Shown: one piece after another, positions 1-11,988 of the stretch
Numbering within the stretch: the first letter of the stretch is position 1
Layout: every line of letters starts with the position of its first letter
Assembly (NCBI GenBank): GCA_949358305.1
Contig: OX442314.1
Location: forward strand, 18,786,001-18,850,000
DNA length: 64,000 bases
From: Strigamia acuminata
Lineage: Eukaryota
Reading direction: 5' to 3'
Notes under the pieces: model-generated
Told to the model about the DNA's origin: nothing
Seen by the model: only the letters and a program-made list of their open reading frames with translations
The model's database searches: none
Position numbers and translations under genes: made by a program

Positions 1-65
1 AAAATAAATGAAATAAAATACGTTAATCGTGGCACAAAAGAACTGACATTCAAAATATCTTTTAC

Positions 66-3000
66 CTTTAAACGTTACATTTTGCAAATATAATTTCAAA
101 TCGTGTTTTTCGATCCGTTCTTCCAAAGCACGACATAATCCACGTTTGCCTTTACAAAAGTTTGTATGCATATTTCGCAAAGCATACGCAAAAGCGTACA
201 CAGCATCCCTAATAAAATGCAGATACCACTGTTGGTGGTACCCATTATCTTCCGATACTTTATAAATTTTCTGACCACACGGAGGATAAAACTCGTTAAA
301 CGGGTTGACCCGCACAGTGTCCAGTTTGCACTGAAAATACTCCTCGTAAAATTCACCGAACCTGTTGATGACACATCACGATTAATATTAGCCAATAATA
401 AAAGACATTATCATGATTATCGTACCACGGATTTATAGTATTGTCCGATGCAGTTAAACTTTTAAAATATTCATCAAAACCGTTTATAATCCCAGCCATC
501 GGTTGGACAGTTATAGCTCCTTCTATAACCTCTTCGACACCATAAGTAACTGAAGCTCTCCCGCTCCATCCATCAGTCCCGATCCAAACAAAACGACCAA
601 CCACATCCAAACGTTTAGCTGCGGACATTAAATTATGCGCCGTTCTCTTGTCAGTAAAAACAACAACCACTGCAATGAACCGACACGTCTTAGGAACACT
701 CAGGGAATAAATATATATTTTTTAAAATTGGTATCCTTACCCCGAACATTAGTCTTAACTTTGAGGTTTCGAATGACGTCATCATAATCGTCATTGGAAG
801 CTTGATCCACGTGAATTCGTTGAGGAAAAGCGAAACACACGTTATATTTTGGTGCTAGTCTTTGCAGCTCTTCAAATCCGTTATTGCCATATTCAGTACT
901 TGCATAAACTAAAGATACGTACGTCCAATTGAAAGCCCTAGAATAATAATAATAATAATAAATAATTTTAAAAAACCATTCAAAGTTTGACCAATTTAGA
1001 ATTGAAGTTTTTTAAAGCCATTTTTTTGTCATAAATTGAAAATTCACAATGAGGTAATAAGTGTATGCAGCAAAGCAATGGCTTACAAGTTAGTCTTATA
1101 AACCTTTCCAGTGCCATCTGTGGGAAATATGTAAAAACTGATAGTATCAAAAGGGTATATAAAAGAATGCATTTCATCCTTTAAAAAAAAAAATATAAAA
1201 ATAAAATAAATTAAAATAAATTGGAAAATTCAACCGAATTGAATTTTCTAATTCCACTGAAAGCCTAGCAAATGAAACGGCTAATTATAAAGTGCGAAAA
1301 GTAATTAAACGGGTATAAAATTTTCAATAGCAGCTTTTACGTGCACATTATTTCCAATTAACAAATCCGAAACTAATTACTCAATTTACCAGATCGGAAT
1401 GAGTGATCAGTACAATCCAATTTCAATTTCTAAAACAAATCGATAAGAACTGAAACAGACGTACCCCAAAATAGCCATTATGCAATGTGCTTGGTTAATA
1501 TCTGATGGCACTGTGCGAAAAAAGTACTCAAAAGCTTCTGTTTTGCTTAATGTTGTACTCGTAGACAAATAGCTAATCTAAAAATCAAAAAAATTTAAAA
1601 ACAAATAAAAAATTATTCTTACACCTTTTGGTGTTGTATTTCTACTAAGTGATACCTGAGGAACTTTGAAAAGACGAAGTAAATTGGCAACTTGAAGAGA
1701 AACTGCACTGGATTGTGCTCCGATCACGCCAACAATCCTATCGAATTCTCCGCCGCGATATTTGGGAGGTAGACCATCGTGACACATAAATTGTTGCTCG
1801 TGGTGTTCGTTCAGCCTGGCAATAAACCCTGATTACAAAACAAACAAATAATAACTCGCCACTTGTTGCCATCTGTTTTCTGATACAATTTTCCACTCGA
1901 CAGCATTTCTATTCAACATACGACGTTGCTTAGTAACGAATTGAAAGTACGGCAAAGTCGTTAGGCAAACGCAATGTGAAGTGCGAATGCGAACCGATTA
2001 ATACTGTCAATATTTACGTAATGAATATAAATAAAAATAAAAAATATAATGGAAAGTCAAACAAGAATAACCCGTTTATGTTTAGCGTATAAATATTACT
2101 TTACATTTTATATTATTACACATCCAAAGGCTGTGATAAATCTAAATACTCGTCACAATTGAATGCAATTTTCCAGTTTTTTTTCAATATTATTCGCTTC
2201 AATTTGAGAATATGCACAAGTATTTTGTTTTTTTATGGGTATTCCCAATGGTGTAGTCATAAACATACCACCAGGGCTCGCAAACCAACCTCAAAAAACT
2301 CGATATCGATATATTTTTTAAATCATACGTCTTAATTTTTACATTTTTTAACCGATAAATTTTTATTTTCGTTTTGACCTGTAACAAAAGCGCAATAGTT
2401 GCTCGAGGATGTAATTACTCAACTTGACCAATAAAGAAATGAGTCATTAGGAGAACGAGGAACGGATTTATGATCAAAGTTCATTGCGTACGATCAAATT
2501 TATTTAAAAAATATATAAATAAATGAATATGGACAAACCTTTAATGAAATCGAGACTTTGTTCTAAAGCATGAATTACGTTGTCACAACTGTCTAATGCA
2601 ATAACTCCCAACTTAAATCCGGGGAGAAGTCCGTCGTTATTAATTTTCTTAACGGTATACAGCATTGCTTCGAGTGGTTGAATTCCATCTTCTTTCTGAA
2701 ACAAATCAATTTGTGTACATCATGTAGCGCGATAATGTTATTAATCACATTTAATAATTTAATGGCTTTTTGTCAGCCCGTCATAAAAGTCACGTGGTGT
2801 CGACTGTCGAGCCGAAGTGATGTCCTCATTATAAAACTTCATCAGCCAATTTGCGACAACTAATTTCCTAATTTTACATTTGACAAATAAAATAAATGAA
2901 AATAGAACATCGTACAGATGGACTCTGGCACGAGCTATATATCCGTAGTTTATGACTCGTTAGCCATTGAAATTACATCTTACGATAATACGTTTTAGAT

Positions 3001-3716
3001 GCTAATGGTAGGCATTAGCTTTTCATATCTCAAGTGATGTTTTCAAAGAGAAAGAAAAACATATGTGCACTTCTGTAACGAGCGATGGTTCGGAAAGTCA
3101 TTCCAACTGGTGTAAAAAATAATTGCACGAGTACAAATGACTTGTTTTACATGTAAAATTTGTGATCTGCACTCGTCGTGTAAACAAATTACGTTCGCTT
3201 AAATGAGTTTGCACATTATCATTATCAAACGATTAATTCGATGTCCCGAAGTTTAATTTTATGTTATACGTGTTCAATATGAAAAAGCATTGTAAATTTC
3301 CTATTTAAATAGTTGTTTTTATGGAGAAAGAATGTGAAATCAAGGCGGCCATTAAATTCATTCCCATCATGCTTTGCAACAGCTATGGCGCTGTATAATG
3401 CAATTCGGATATAATAATTTACAAAATAAGACATTAAGTGTTTAATGTAACCATGAAATTTTAAAGGTTTTGTCATAAAATACAATATAACAATAAGCAC
3501 AGTCATTGAGGAATTTACCTGAATTCGCCCGCATCCTGAAAAGTTTGTACTTTGTTCGTGAATAGGAAACAGCGCTCCCAAAATGATGTCACCCGTGTAA
3601 TTCGCAACGAGACGATAGGGCCATTCATCCAAATCCTCTTCATCCAGATGCCGCGTAAGTCCCAATATATCAGCAGCATAACATAAAAGTGTTAAAAACA
3701 ACACTTGTCTCTTCAT
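66..3716 (-). CDS. Class C GPCR, metabotropic glutamate receptor-like (mangetout/mXR-like); N-terminal Venus flytrap exons only, gene continues off the left edge
   Basis: ATG at 3716 with a signal peptide. Spliced exons give [93 protein letters not shown], NPW and DAVYAFAYAL. Introns are GT-AG; last visible donor is at 65. Confidence 0.93.
1925..1937. promoter_or_regulatory. RFX X-box-like site (GTTGCTTAGTAAC) in a GPCR intron
   Basis: Near-palindromic match to GTNRCY-N-RGYAAC. Motif match only. Confidence 0.35.
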
Positions 3717-4544
3717 TGAACAACTGAAATGAATTAAAACAATTTGAGAAGAAGAAAAGTAATTCTTAAATTAATTAATTAAAATATTAATTAAAATACT
3801 AACTCGTGAAGTCCAACACTTGAGTTTATTGATTGAAATCTCCGAGAGAGAAATAATAATTGATGTCTTTTACGTGCAGAAAGCGGCTGCTTTGATGCTG
3901 GTGGCTAAAACTAACATGGAGTCAATGAATGCTGAAATACAACCACTTTAAGGCTTGGAAACCCAAAAAATATTTTCTGAAAAATATTAACAGAGACAAG
4001 AAAAAAACGATCAATATAATGCTCTAACTAGTTTGTACTGGTTTTTGCAAATACAATTCAAGTTTCTTTCTATTTTCCCACGAATAATTTCATTTTTTAA
4101 ATTTTTTTACGAATATTTTCAACATAAATTTTCAACATAAATGTGGAGATTTGAATTTTTTAAATTTTTATTCCGAATTCAAAGTCTTTTAAATTCAACT
4201 TTCATTCATGCATTTGAATTCTTAAGACATAAAAAAAACAAGAAGAGAAAAAATAAACGAAATAAAAAGAACTTGTTGCAAAACAAAACAAGACTCGTGC
4301 AATTGGTCGAGGTATGTAATGTATGATCAGGTGATCAATCACAAAATGATTTATTTATACCGCATCACGCACATGTTTCAACAACATATCAAAGGTTAGT
4401 CTATGTATACATACATAATTAGCTTTTGATCAAAACCGATCGACCAAACAATAAAATTATGGTTTTTTTTCCCTTTATTTATTCAAAGGTTTTTATTTCT
4501 ATGTGTCGCATTGCATTTGTAATGATTCGCAATTCGCATCTCAT

Positions 4545-4750
4545 CAGTGGCGTGCAGTCGGTGATGCAGTGTTTGCAGTTGACACGGGCCCACGAGCTTT
4601 GGAGGCCCACAGAGGGTGAAAAAAATGTGTTTTCTTGCCAAATTAATATGTATATCTAGCCAAGTACCGAAAATCCTAGCTACAGCTCTGCTAAAGGGTC
4701 CATCAACCCAACTTGCACACGGGCTAATTTGACTTCATGATACGCCATTG
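4545..4750. mobile_element. hAT-type MITE, 206 bp
   Basis: Termini CAGTGGCGT...ACGCCATTG (8/9 inverted match), flanked by a perfect 8-bp duplication CATCTCAT at 4537-4544 and 4751-4758. Confidence 0.85.
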
Positions 4751-6675
4751 CATCTCATCTCATCCAAATGCACTTCATCTTAAATTTTTTTAATTTTTTT
4801 GTAAAAAATGCAAAAAAAATGCACAAAAAATAATTTTTCTTTCTTTATGACATCCTGGAAATATTTTTAAAACCATCCAATTACCAAATCCGGCCCTTCA
4901 TCTGATCATTAACACAAAAATAAATTTTTCAGCTTAAATTAAGACAAAGGAATTAAATTTACTCACCAGTAATAAAAACCAGCTGTTGGATTGTTGCTGT
5001 TATTCCTTGACGTTTATCACATCTCAACCATTGTAATGTAAACAGCATAGGGTGGTCTACATGTTTTTCTGTTTAGACAATGGAGAGTAGCGCCAGCATG
5101 TTCACACCTCCCTATCGAAATGTCGTCTGCTTTCACAACAACAAAGTCATCTGTTAAATTTCAAACGTAGCTGTGCAGCAATTGGTGTACATGATTGAGT
5201 AATTGCTTCTTATTGGTCAGTTTAAATGATGTCATCTGTTGCTTGACTCACCAGGTCATTTCGTTTAGCGACAGATAGGTGTAGCTGAGTAGTGAGTTGA
5301 GAATCCGGATATATTTATTTTATTCGTATTGCTTCTAATTTTTAATCTTGTTAAGCCATTAAAATTTAAAATACTTAGTATTCAAATTAAAATTTGTCGT
5401 TTTAATTTACGATTATCATTCCTTCAACATAAAACTTTATATTTGACAAAATAAACAAAGCGATCGCCAAAAAAAGTTCGCTCTTATTCAAAGATGGCAA
5501 CTCTCACGTTTCCGCTCTTATGATATTTTAAATTGTTTTATTATTAATCCAAACGTCATCATTTAAAATGCAAATAGAAAAACAGTTTCCAAAATCCCCA
5601 CATAAAAATGAAATTTGTATTATTTGATTCGATGTCTGAATTTTTTCTTCAAAAAAATTAGATGGTGTTGAGAGTAGACGACGACGCCATTCTTATTTTG
5701 TTTACCTTTTAGCGAACAGCTCGTTATTGACTATATTGTTATTGCCATAGTAATCGTTCACACCACAATCAGGACTCTTTCAAGTGGAAAGGGAGTGCTG
5801 TTGAAATTATAGTCGTTGCAACTTACAAAACTTGTATCAAACTTGAGGCACCATTGCAAAATTAATATATAAAAAAATTATACTTGTGTGAAAAATAAAA
5901 TGACGTGCATTTAAATAAAAATTAGTTGTGTACATTCAATAAACAGTCGTAAATTTTAAACTTTTATTTTAGATTTAAATAAAATGCATCATGTCATAAC
6001 AATTTAGTGCCTGCAATAGCAGAACAAGTGACCATTTTTATTGCTCAATGCTGAATGTAATAACCCATTCTTAATTCATTCTTCTAATTCAAGGTAAAGT
6101 CACAAAAATTTAATTTTTTTTTTTTATATTTTACTTTAAAAACTTTGCCTTAATTTGATGATAAAATATCAAAATGGAGCTCCATTTTGCTTTGGTTTTA
6201 ACCAACTTCCTATTTCCATTAGTAAGTACGTATTGAGCTTATAGTTATAAACAAAATAGTCTGTGTAAAGAATAAAGATCTATTTTACTTATTTTTACGC
6301 AGAAATTTTCTAATAGATTAAAAAAAATTTTAAGTTCATTGAAATAGTTTTGAGTATTGAAAAACTAGATGCAAAACGGTGAGAAATTAATCAAATTCAA
6401 CGTAATTGCGCATTAATTTGAAAAGAGCGAATTGTATGAGCAAAGTGTCAAAATATTTTCTCATTTCTCAAAACAAAAAACGTGACAATCTTGCCCGTTT
6501 TTAACTACTGAAAATTTTTGCGAATAGAAATTGAATAAAATTTTTTTTTTTAAACTTCTTCCTTAGGAAAAATGCATGCTGGAGTCGAATTGCTGTGATT
6601 CAAAATTAACGGTGCACTTGAATCTAATTTCTGGTCAGTGTTTCGCAAGTCCGGAGCCGTCATTAATGTTTTTAG

Positions 6676-9220
6676 TCATCTTAGTTGAACAAATGGCTGC
6701 CGCATGGGTTTGTTATTCAGTACCCGATCAATCTCATTCATGAATTGTGGTGTCAGTTTCGGAAGAATCTAAAAAATAAACCAAAACAAATTAACCACAC
6801 GATACAAAATACACGTCAGAAATAAATATCATTACTTGTAAGGCTTGAAAGTTCTCCAACAACTGATCAACAGATGAGGCACCCATTAATACACACTGAA
6901 CATTTTCATTTTTCAACGACCAAGCTAATAAAGAAAAAAATAAATAATAAAAACCTTCCAAAACTCTAATCAATAATAAATAAATAAATAAATAAATAAC
7001 CTATGGTTAACTGTGTCACAGTACAGCCTATCTTTTCGGCGAGAAGCGCCACATCGCGAAGTTTATTATGTTGTTTCTTGCTTCCGTCATTTTGAATTTT
7101 GTCTTTAAGCCAAGAGTAATTCTAATAAAAAATGAATTATAATTATTACTGCAATACACGAAGCAGGTTTAATTATCAACCTTAAACGACGTTTTCGATA
7201 TAAGGGGCGCAAATTCCTCACACTTCCCACTGAATAAGCCACAAGCGAGTGGACTCCAGGTCATCGATCCGACCCCTAGAAATTAAAATTAAAATTAATA
7301 TTCTTTTCAATAAATTATACATTACATATTTATTGACCTATCTTATGATAAAGTTCTGGTAAGTACAACTCGACTTTATCTCTGCACAACATATGATATT
7401 CTGTTTGTTCACAAGTCGGGGGAATCAAATTAAACTGCCTGGCCACCGTGTACGCTTCCTATTAATTACATTTAATTAAATAAAAAAGATTAACCACACT
7501 TATAATAAAAATTCATTCACAAAAGCAATACTACATGAAATAGAAAATATTTTGAACAATTCATTTCCTTAAAAAAGACCAAAAACACTGAGAAAAATCC
7601 CTTTTAATATAAAAAAAATTGTCAATCCACATCGAAACAGCATCACGAACAGAAAACACTCCTATTGCGTTGTCACAAAAACAAACCCTTTTCTGTTGGA
7701 TGCCCCAGTAATCAAACGCACCATGATTTCCATGGCAGACCAACGTGATGTTCCCCAATACATCGCTAGCCCTTGGTTTATACAAAATGTAAATGCTCTG
7801 ACGATCTCTGAATAAAAGCATAGGAATCTCCGATTACAAAATTGAATCATTCCTAATAATATTGACATGTTTACCTTCCATGGGACACATGGGATCAGCT
7901 TTATTAGCAAATGCGATATCTATGTAACTGAGTTGAAGTCTCTCCAAAGAATCGTGCAATCCTTCAATGATATGTTTACGAGATAAACCTCGTTCCGTTT
8001 CGGATCTGGCAAAATAAAAATTCACATTTACAATAGGAATTCGTCAATTTATGAATTAATACTTTTTTACTGACTTTCCGAACCAGTGCAATTTTGTTGA
8101 TACGATATAACTCGTTCTCCTATTTATATTAAATTTAAAAAAAAAAATTAAATTCCTTTAGAAAGTATCTTGTAAATTCCATACCTCCATTTTTTCTTCT
8201 TTAAAATTTTCCCAAGAACGATTTCAGCCCTGAAATCATAACATTTATTTATTTAGAGTGAGTAAAAACAATAAAAACAGTGACATACTTTCCACCAGCA
8301 TACATTTCCGACGTGTCAAATATGTTAACACCATTTTCGTACGCATGAGTGATGATATCTTCCGCAGTCTCATCTGATATTTGTGTCCCAAACATGGACC
8401 ATGCACCCAATCCCAGATTAGAAATCCTTAATCCACTTTTCCCAAGATTTCTATCACAAAAAAAATAAAGTAAATATTAATAAACCTTATAAATTGTGTA
8501 GACTCCACTCATGTTAGACCTATATCTGATCCCAGGCGTGACACTCGTTTGCCGGCTGATGGGAAAACGTGTAAGATTCGGTGGCTCGAGTCCAAATTCT
8601 TCCATGCACTCCAAACTGGCAATAGGAGCTCTACAGCTGTTGAAAAAAATATTGAGTATAAATTAAGTAATGACGTCAAATGTAAACGCACTTCAAAAAT
8701 GGGCGTAATGCAGTGAAGGTCACCTGACTTGTTTCAAGGGGGTGCTTTTTCGGATGGAAATTTGGGGATTTTATTTCTTCTCAAAACAATCTTTTAACAA
8801 CTGGGGGAAATAGAAATTAAAAACTTTACCGATCTTAATTCTATCTTCACAAAAAAAATATATTAATCATTATGAAAATATTAAATTTATCAATAAAAAA
8901 CTTTTTTGCGGAAATTAGACCGAAAGTGCAGTCGATAAATCTACATTAAAAAACACTGAATTAAAAATAATAATAATAAAAAAATTAATAGAATACCGTA
9001 AATAAGTAAAGAAATGAAAAACAATGGAGCGAATGTCAAACTGCCGCATTCCAGTGCAACGCTTTTACCTGCTTAGTTGTCCACAAGTCTGACTAACACG
9101 GAAGGGATTAAAAGGGTTGAAAGGTGGAGTTGATCCGATTGGTGAGATATCTGTCACAGATATCGACCGAATAGGGACCCCACAAAAATCAGCACCGACA
9201 CAATGATCCGGAGACTGCAT
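6676..9220 (-). CDS. Hk: Voltage-gated K+ channel beta subunit (Hyperkinetic/KCNAB, aldo-keto reductase fold)
   Basis: Exons give [93 protein letters not shown] and [16 protein letters not shown]. Stop TGA at 6676-6678. Start assumed at ATG 9220; other upstream first exons are possible. Confidence 0.92.
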
Positions 9221-9977
9221 TTCCGCACTCCTCTGGTGCACCACATCAACTTCAATACCCAAAACTAACCCTCAACGCCCCCTCAAGGACAAACTTACGA
9301 AATTTATACCACTTCCGGTGTTTTTTTTCTTAAGAATAGAGTGGCAAATTTGATTTTTTCATTTTATTTCGAAATGAAAAAATAAAATTGAAATAAAATG
9401 TTGGCAATTTCGTCTCGTCTGCCGAAGATGTTTTTCATCGATCTAGCCCAAATTCGATTTTCCGTTATGCCGTAAAAACGTTATTTCCAGCCTCCCGCGG
9501 CCAGGTAAATGAAAAAATTCATTTTGAGTAAAGAATCATTTGCCTTCTTTCATTTTCCTCCACATAATTAAGTGATAATAATATTTAAAAGTTAAAAGAG
9601 AATGTTTTAACGTGATTAAGTCCAATGTTTTATTTATAGCTAAATCGAACCATTGCCACGCAATGACACCTACAGAGGAGAAAATAGCAATGAAGTCAAG
9701 CTGTGTTTGTTCCGAATTTAATCCATCTAATTGATGAAAAAAGGTTATTTCCATGAATACTAGCGCTGAATAAAGCGTAAATTATATCGATTCGTTTCGT
9801 ATAATTTTTCGATTAAACAAATTTTAACCCAAACAGAAAACATTTTGCATTCAGTTAAGTGCAGCAGGAGAAAAATAAGGAAAACAGCTTTTAATATGAC
9901 AATCAATGGCGAAAACAACACCTGTTTTACTACTCGAGACCCTTGCTACCAGCTTTGAGATTTCCCAAGTGACTTTA

Positions 9978-10243
9978 TGTTGTAAATTAAACGACACGAC
10001 ACACGTTGTAACGGTGAAAAATGACAAGTGAGTTTTTTTTCAAAAAGGGAGGGTTAAATACAGTTGTGGGGTCAAAAGAACTCTCTCCTATTGGTTGGTC
10101 AAGAAGGTCAGTGACAGTTCACGACCCTAAGTTTCTTCTTGCTTTGTCCACAACGTCCTGTTCCTAATACTTAGGGGTCAATGGCAACATTGGTGCCTGT
10201 CAATCAACAACAAACGCAACATTGGCGCCTGTAAACTCCAACA
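9978..10243 (-). repeat. 3' LTR
   Basis: Direct repeat of 11723-11988. Preceded on the minus strand by the purine-rich tract GTGGGAGGAATT (10255-10244), a PPT. Confidence 0.96.
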
Positions 10244-10484
10244 AATTCCTCCCACAGGTCGGCAATGTTGCTCAATAAAGTTTATTCATTTTTTTTTTTT
10301 TTTCACAATTGTGCTGTTCTCAAATCGCCTCTCTCTTCCTGGTTCGAATTGTTCGTTTTTCTCGTGTCTTAAATCGTATTTTCTTTTTGTGGCCCAATTT
10401 CTGCCCGCGGCCTGAATTAAATTTCCCGGTTACTCACGCCTTGTGTAGGTCTTGTTGCACCATCGCTTGTCTTTTCTTTGTTTC

Positions 10485-10635
10485 GCAATCGTCTCCTTTT
10501 CTTCTCGTCTTCGTCTTCGTCTCGAATCGCCTCGTCTTGTCTCGTCTCGTCTACGTCTCAAATCGCCTCGTCTCGTCTACGTCTCAAATCGCCTCGTCTA
10601 GTCTCGTCTACGTCTCAAATCGTCTCGTCTCAATC
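10485..10635. repeat. Internal degenerate tandem repeats (TCTCGTCTACGTCTCAAATCGCC-like units)
   Basis: Unit of about 23-28 nt repeated 4-5 times downstream of gag. These repeats explain the spurious + strand ORFs here. Confidence 0.8.
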
Positions 10636-10675
10636 GTCGTCGCTCTGGATAATATCTACCGCCGAGTGTACCTTT

Positions 10676-11575
10676 CTAGTACGGCCATCCGTCGTTTTCG
10701 TTCTCCGCGTCGTTGTTTTCACTCACAAATGCGCGCAAGGTCCTTTCCTTTGGTGTGTTATATCTTTGGTTGTTTCCCTGCCTCGGTTGGGCGCAGTTCG
10801 TCGCTTTGTGCCCCGTTCCTTGGCAGTTGAAACATTTCGTCGGATTTCTGCAATCGCTGGCCATGTGACCGGTCATGTCACAATTGTAACATCTTCTTTC
10901 GTCCGACCGCTTTTCGTACCGTTTAACTGTCGATTTATACGCAGCATCCGATGGTTTCTCCTCGTCTTCTCGTTTCGTCCTTCTGTCTTCCGCTAATTTC
11001 AGTGTGTCTCGAATGTGTTGCATTGTTAGGTTTTCTCGCTGTTCTAGCGCCAAAACGTTCTGGTCAAATTCCCTTCGCAACCCCTGCATCGCAAAGAATC
11101 GCACATCGTGATCGTCCACCGCCTTCCCAAGTTGTAAACTCTCATTTTGTAGTGCTTCAATGCGGTTTAGATATTGGTCCACGGTCTCCGTTTTCGTCAT
11201 CTCGAATCTCGATAATTTGATGTTACACATTAACTGGAGGTTTTTTGTTTTCGCCGCCATGCTGCTTTCAATTTTTGCCCATAGTTCTTTTGCATTTTCT
11301 TCCGATTGATGGCGTAATACTTGTTCCGCTGATAACGTGTTGATGATAATCTCCATCGCCTCCGAATTTTCATCGTCCCATTCGTCCCACTTCTTCTCCA
11401 TTTCAGCGCAATTGGCATCTTCCGCTTTCCCACGTGGCGGCTCGTCCGCCAAAATGACCTTCTTCCACAATTTCCGGCTCTTCAAAATCGTTTTTATCCG
11501 TCGGGACCACAACAGATAGTTTTTGTCGTCTAGTAGCTCCACCTGCGCGAACACATTGTATTTTTTGGTCGTCAT
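10676..11575 (-). CDS. gag: Copia-type Gag, ~299 aa, with two CCHC zinc knuckles
   Basis: First ATG at 11575 (the ORF track start at 11620 is TTG). N-terminal LDDKNYLLWSRRIKTIL motif, UBN2-like core (AKELWAKIE, ETVDQYLNRIEAL), knuckles CYNCDMTGHMASDC and CFNCQGTGHKATNC. Stop TAG at 10676. Confidence 0.93.
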   Translation of the reverse strand: MTTKKYNVFAQVELLDDKNYLLWSRRIKTILKSRKLWKKVILADEPPRGKAEDANCAEMEKKWDEWDDENSEAMEIIINTLSAEQVLRHQSEENAKELWAKIESSMAAKTKNLQLMCNIKLSRFEMTKTETVDQYLNRIEALQNESLQLGKAVDDHDVRFFAMQGLRREFDQNVLALEQRENLTMQHIRDTLKLAEDRRTKREDEEKPSDAAYKSTVKRYEKRSDERRCYNCDMTGHMASDCRNPTKCFNCQGTGHKATNCAQPRQGNNQRYNTPKERTLRAFVSENNDAENENDGWPY

Positions 11576-11699
11576 CTCGTCACTTCTTTTTACGTCTCGA
11601 AATTTCCGCGTGGTTGGCAAATTCTTCTAGTTACAATCGCTTTTTTTCAACAATTCATCAACGCATCAAAAATTCAAAGTCATTGTTTGCCGTTTGATC

Positions 11700-11720
11700 C
11701 AACCGTCCTCTCTGCTACCA
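11700..11720 (-). promoter_or_regulatory. Primer-binding site for initiator tRNA-Met
   Basis: Minus strand reads TGGTAGCAGAG(AG)GACGGTT, starting 2 nt inside the 5' LTR. It is complementary to the animal tRNAi-Met 3' end (...CCAUCCUCUGCUACCA). Confidence 0.88.
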
Positions 11721-11722
11721 TT

Positions 11723-11988
11723 TGTTGTAAATTAAACGACACGACACACGTTGTAACGGTGAAAAATGACAAGTGAGTTTTTTTTCAAAAAGGGAGGGTT
11801 AAATACAGTTGTGGGGTCAAAAGAACTCTCTCCTATTGGTTGGTCAAGAAGGTCAGTGACAGTTCACGACCCTAAGTTTCTTCTTGCTTTGTCCACAACG
11901 TCCTGTTCCTAATACTTAGGGGTCAATGGCAACATTGGTGCCTGTCAATCAACAACAAACGCAACATTGGCGCCTGTAAACTCCAACA
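11723..11988 (-). repeat. 5' LTR
   Basis: Identical to 9978-10243 and followed by the PBS on the minus strand. Confidence 0.96.

Larger units (their letters stand above)
9978..11988 (-). mobile_element. Non-autonomous Ty1/copia-type LTR retrotransposon carrying gag only (TR-GAG-like), 2011 bp
   Basis: Two 266-bp LTRs (9978-10243 and 11723-11988), identical by eye, with TGTTG...CAACA ends. 5-bp TSD CTTTA at 9973-9977 and 11989-11993. PBS, PPT and a gag ORF are present. Confidence 0.96.

Noticed and set aside
731..740. GTATCCTT U12-like donor on the + strand
   Set aside because: The host gene is on the minus strand, where this reads as an ordinary GTAAGG donor.
10309..11220. + strand ORFs of 173, 172 and 89 aa
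   Set aside because: They are antisense to gag or read through the internal low-complexity repeats.
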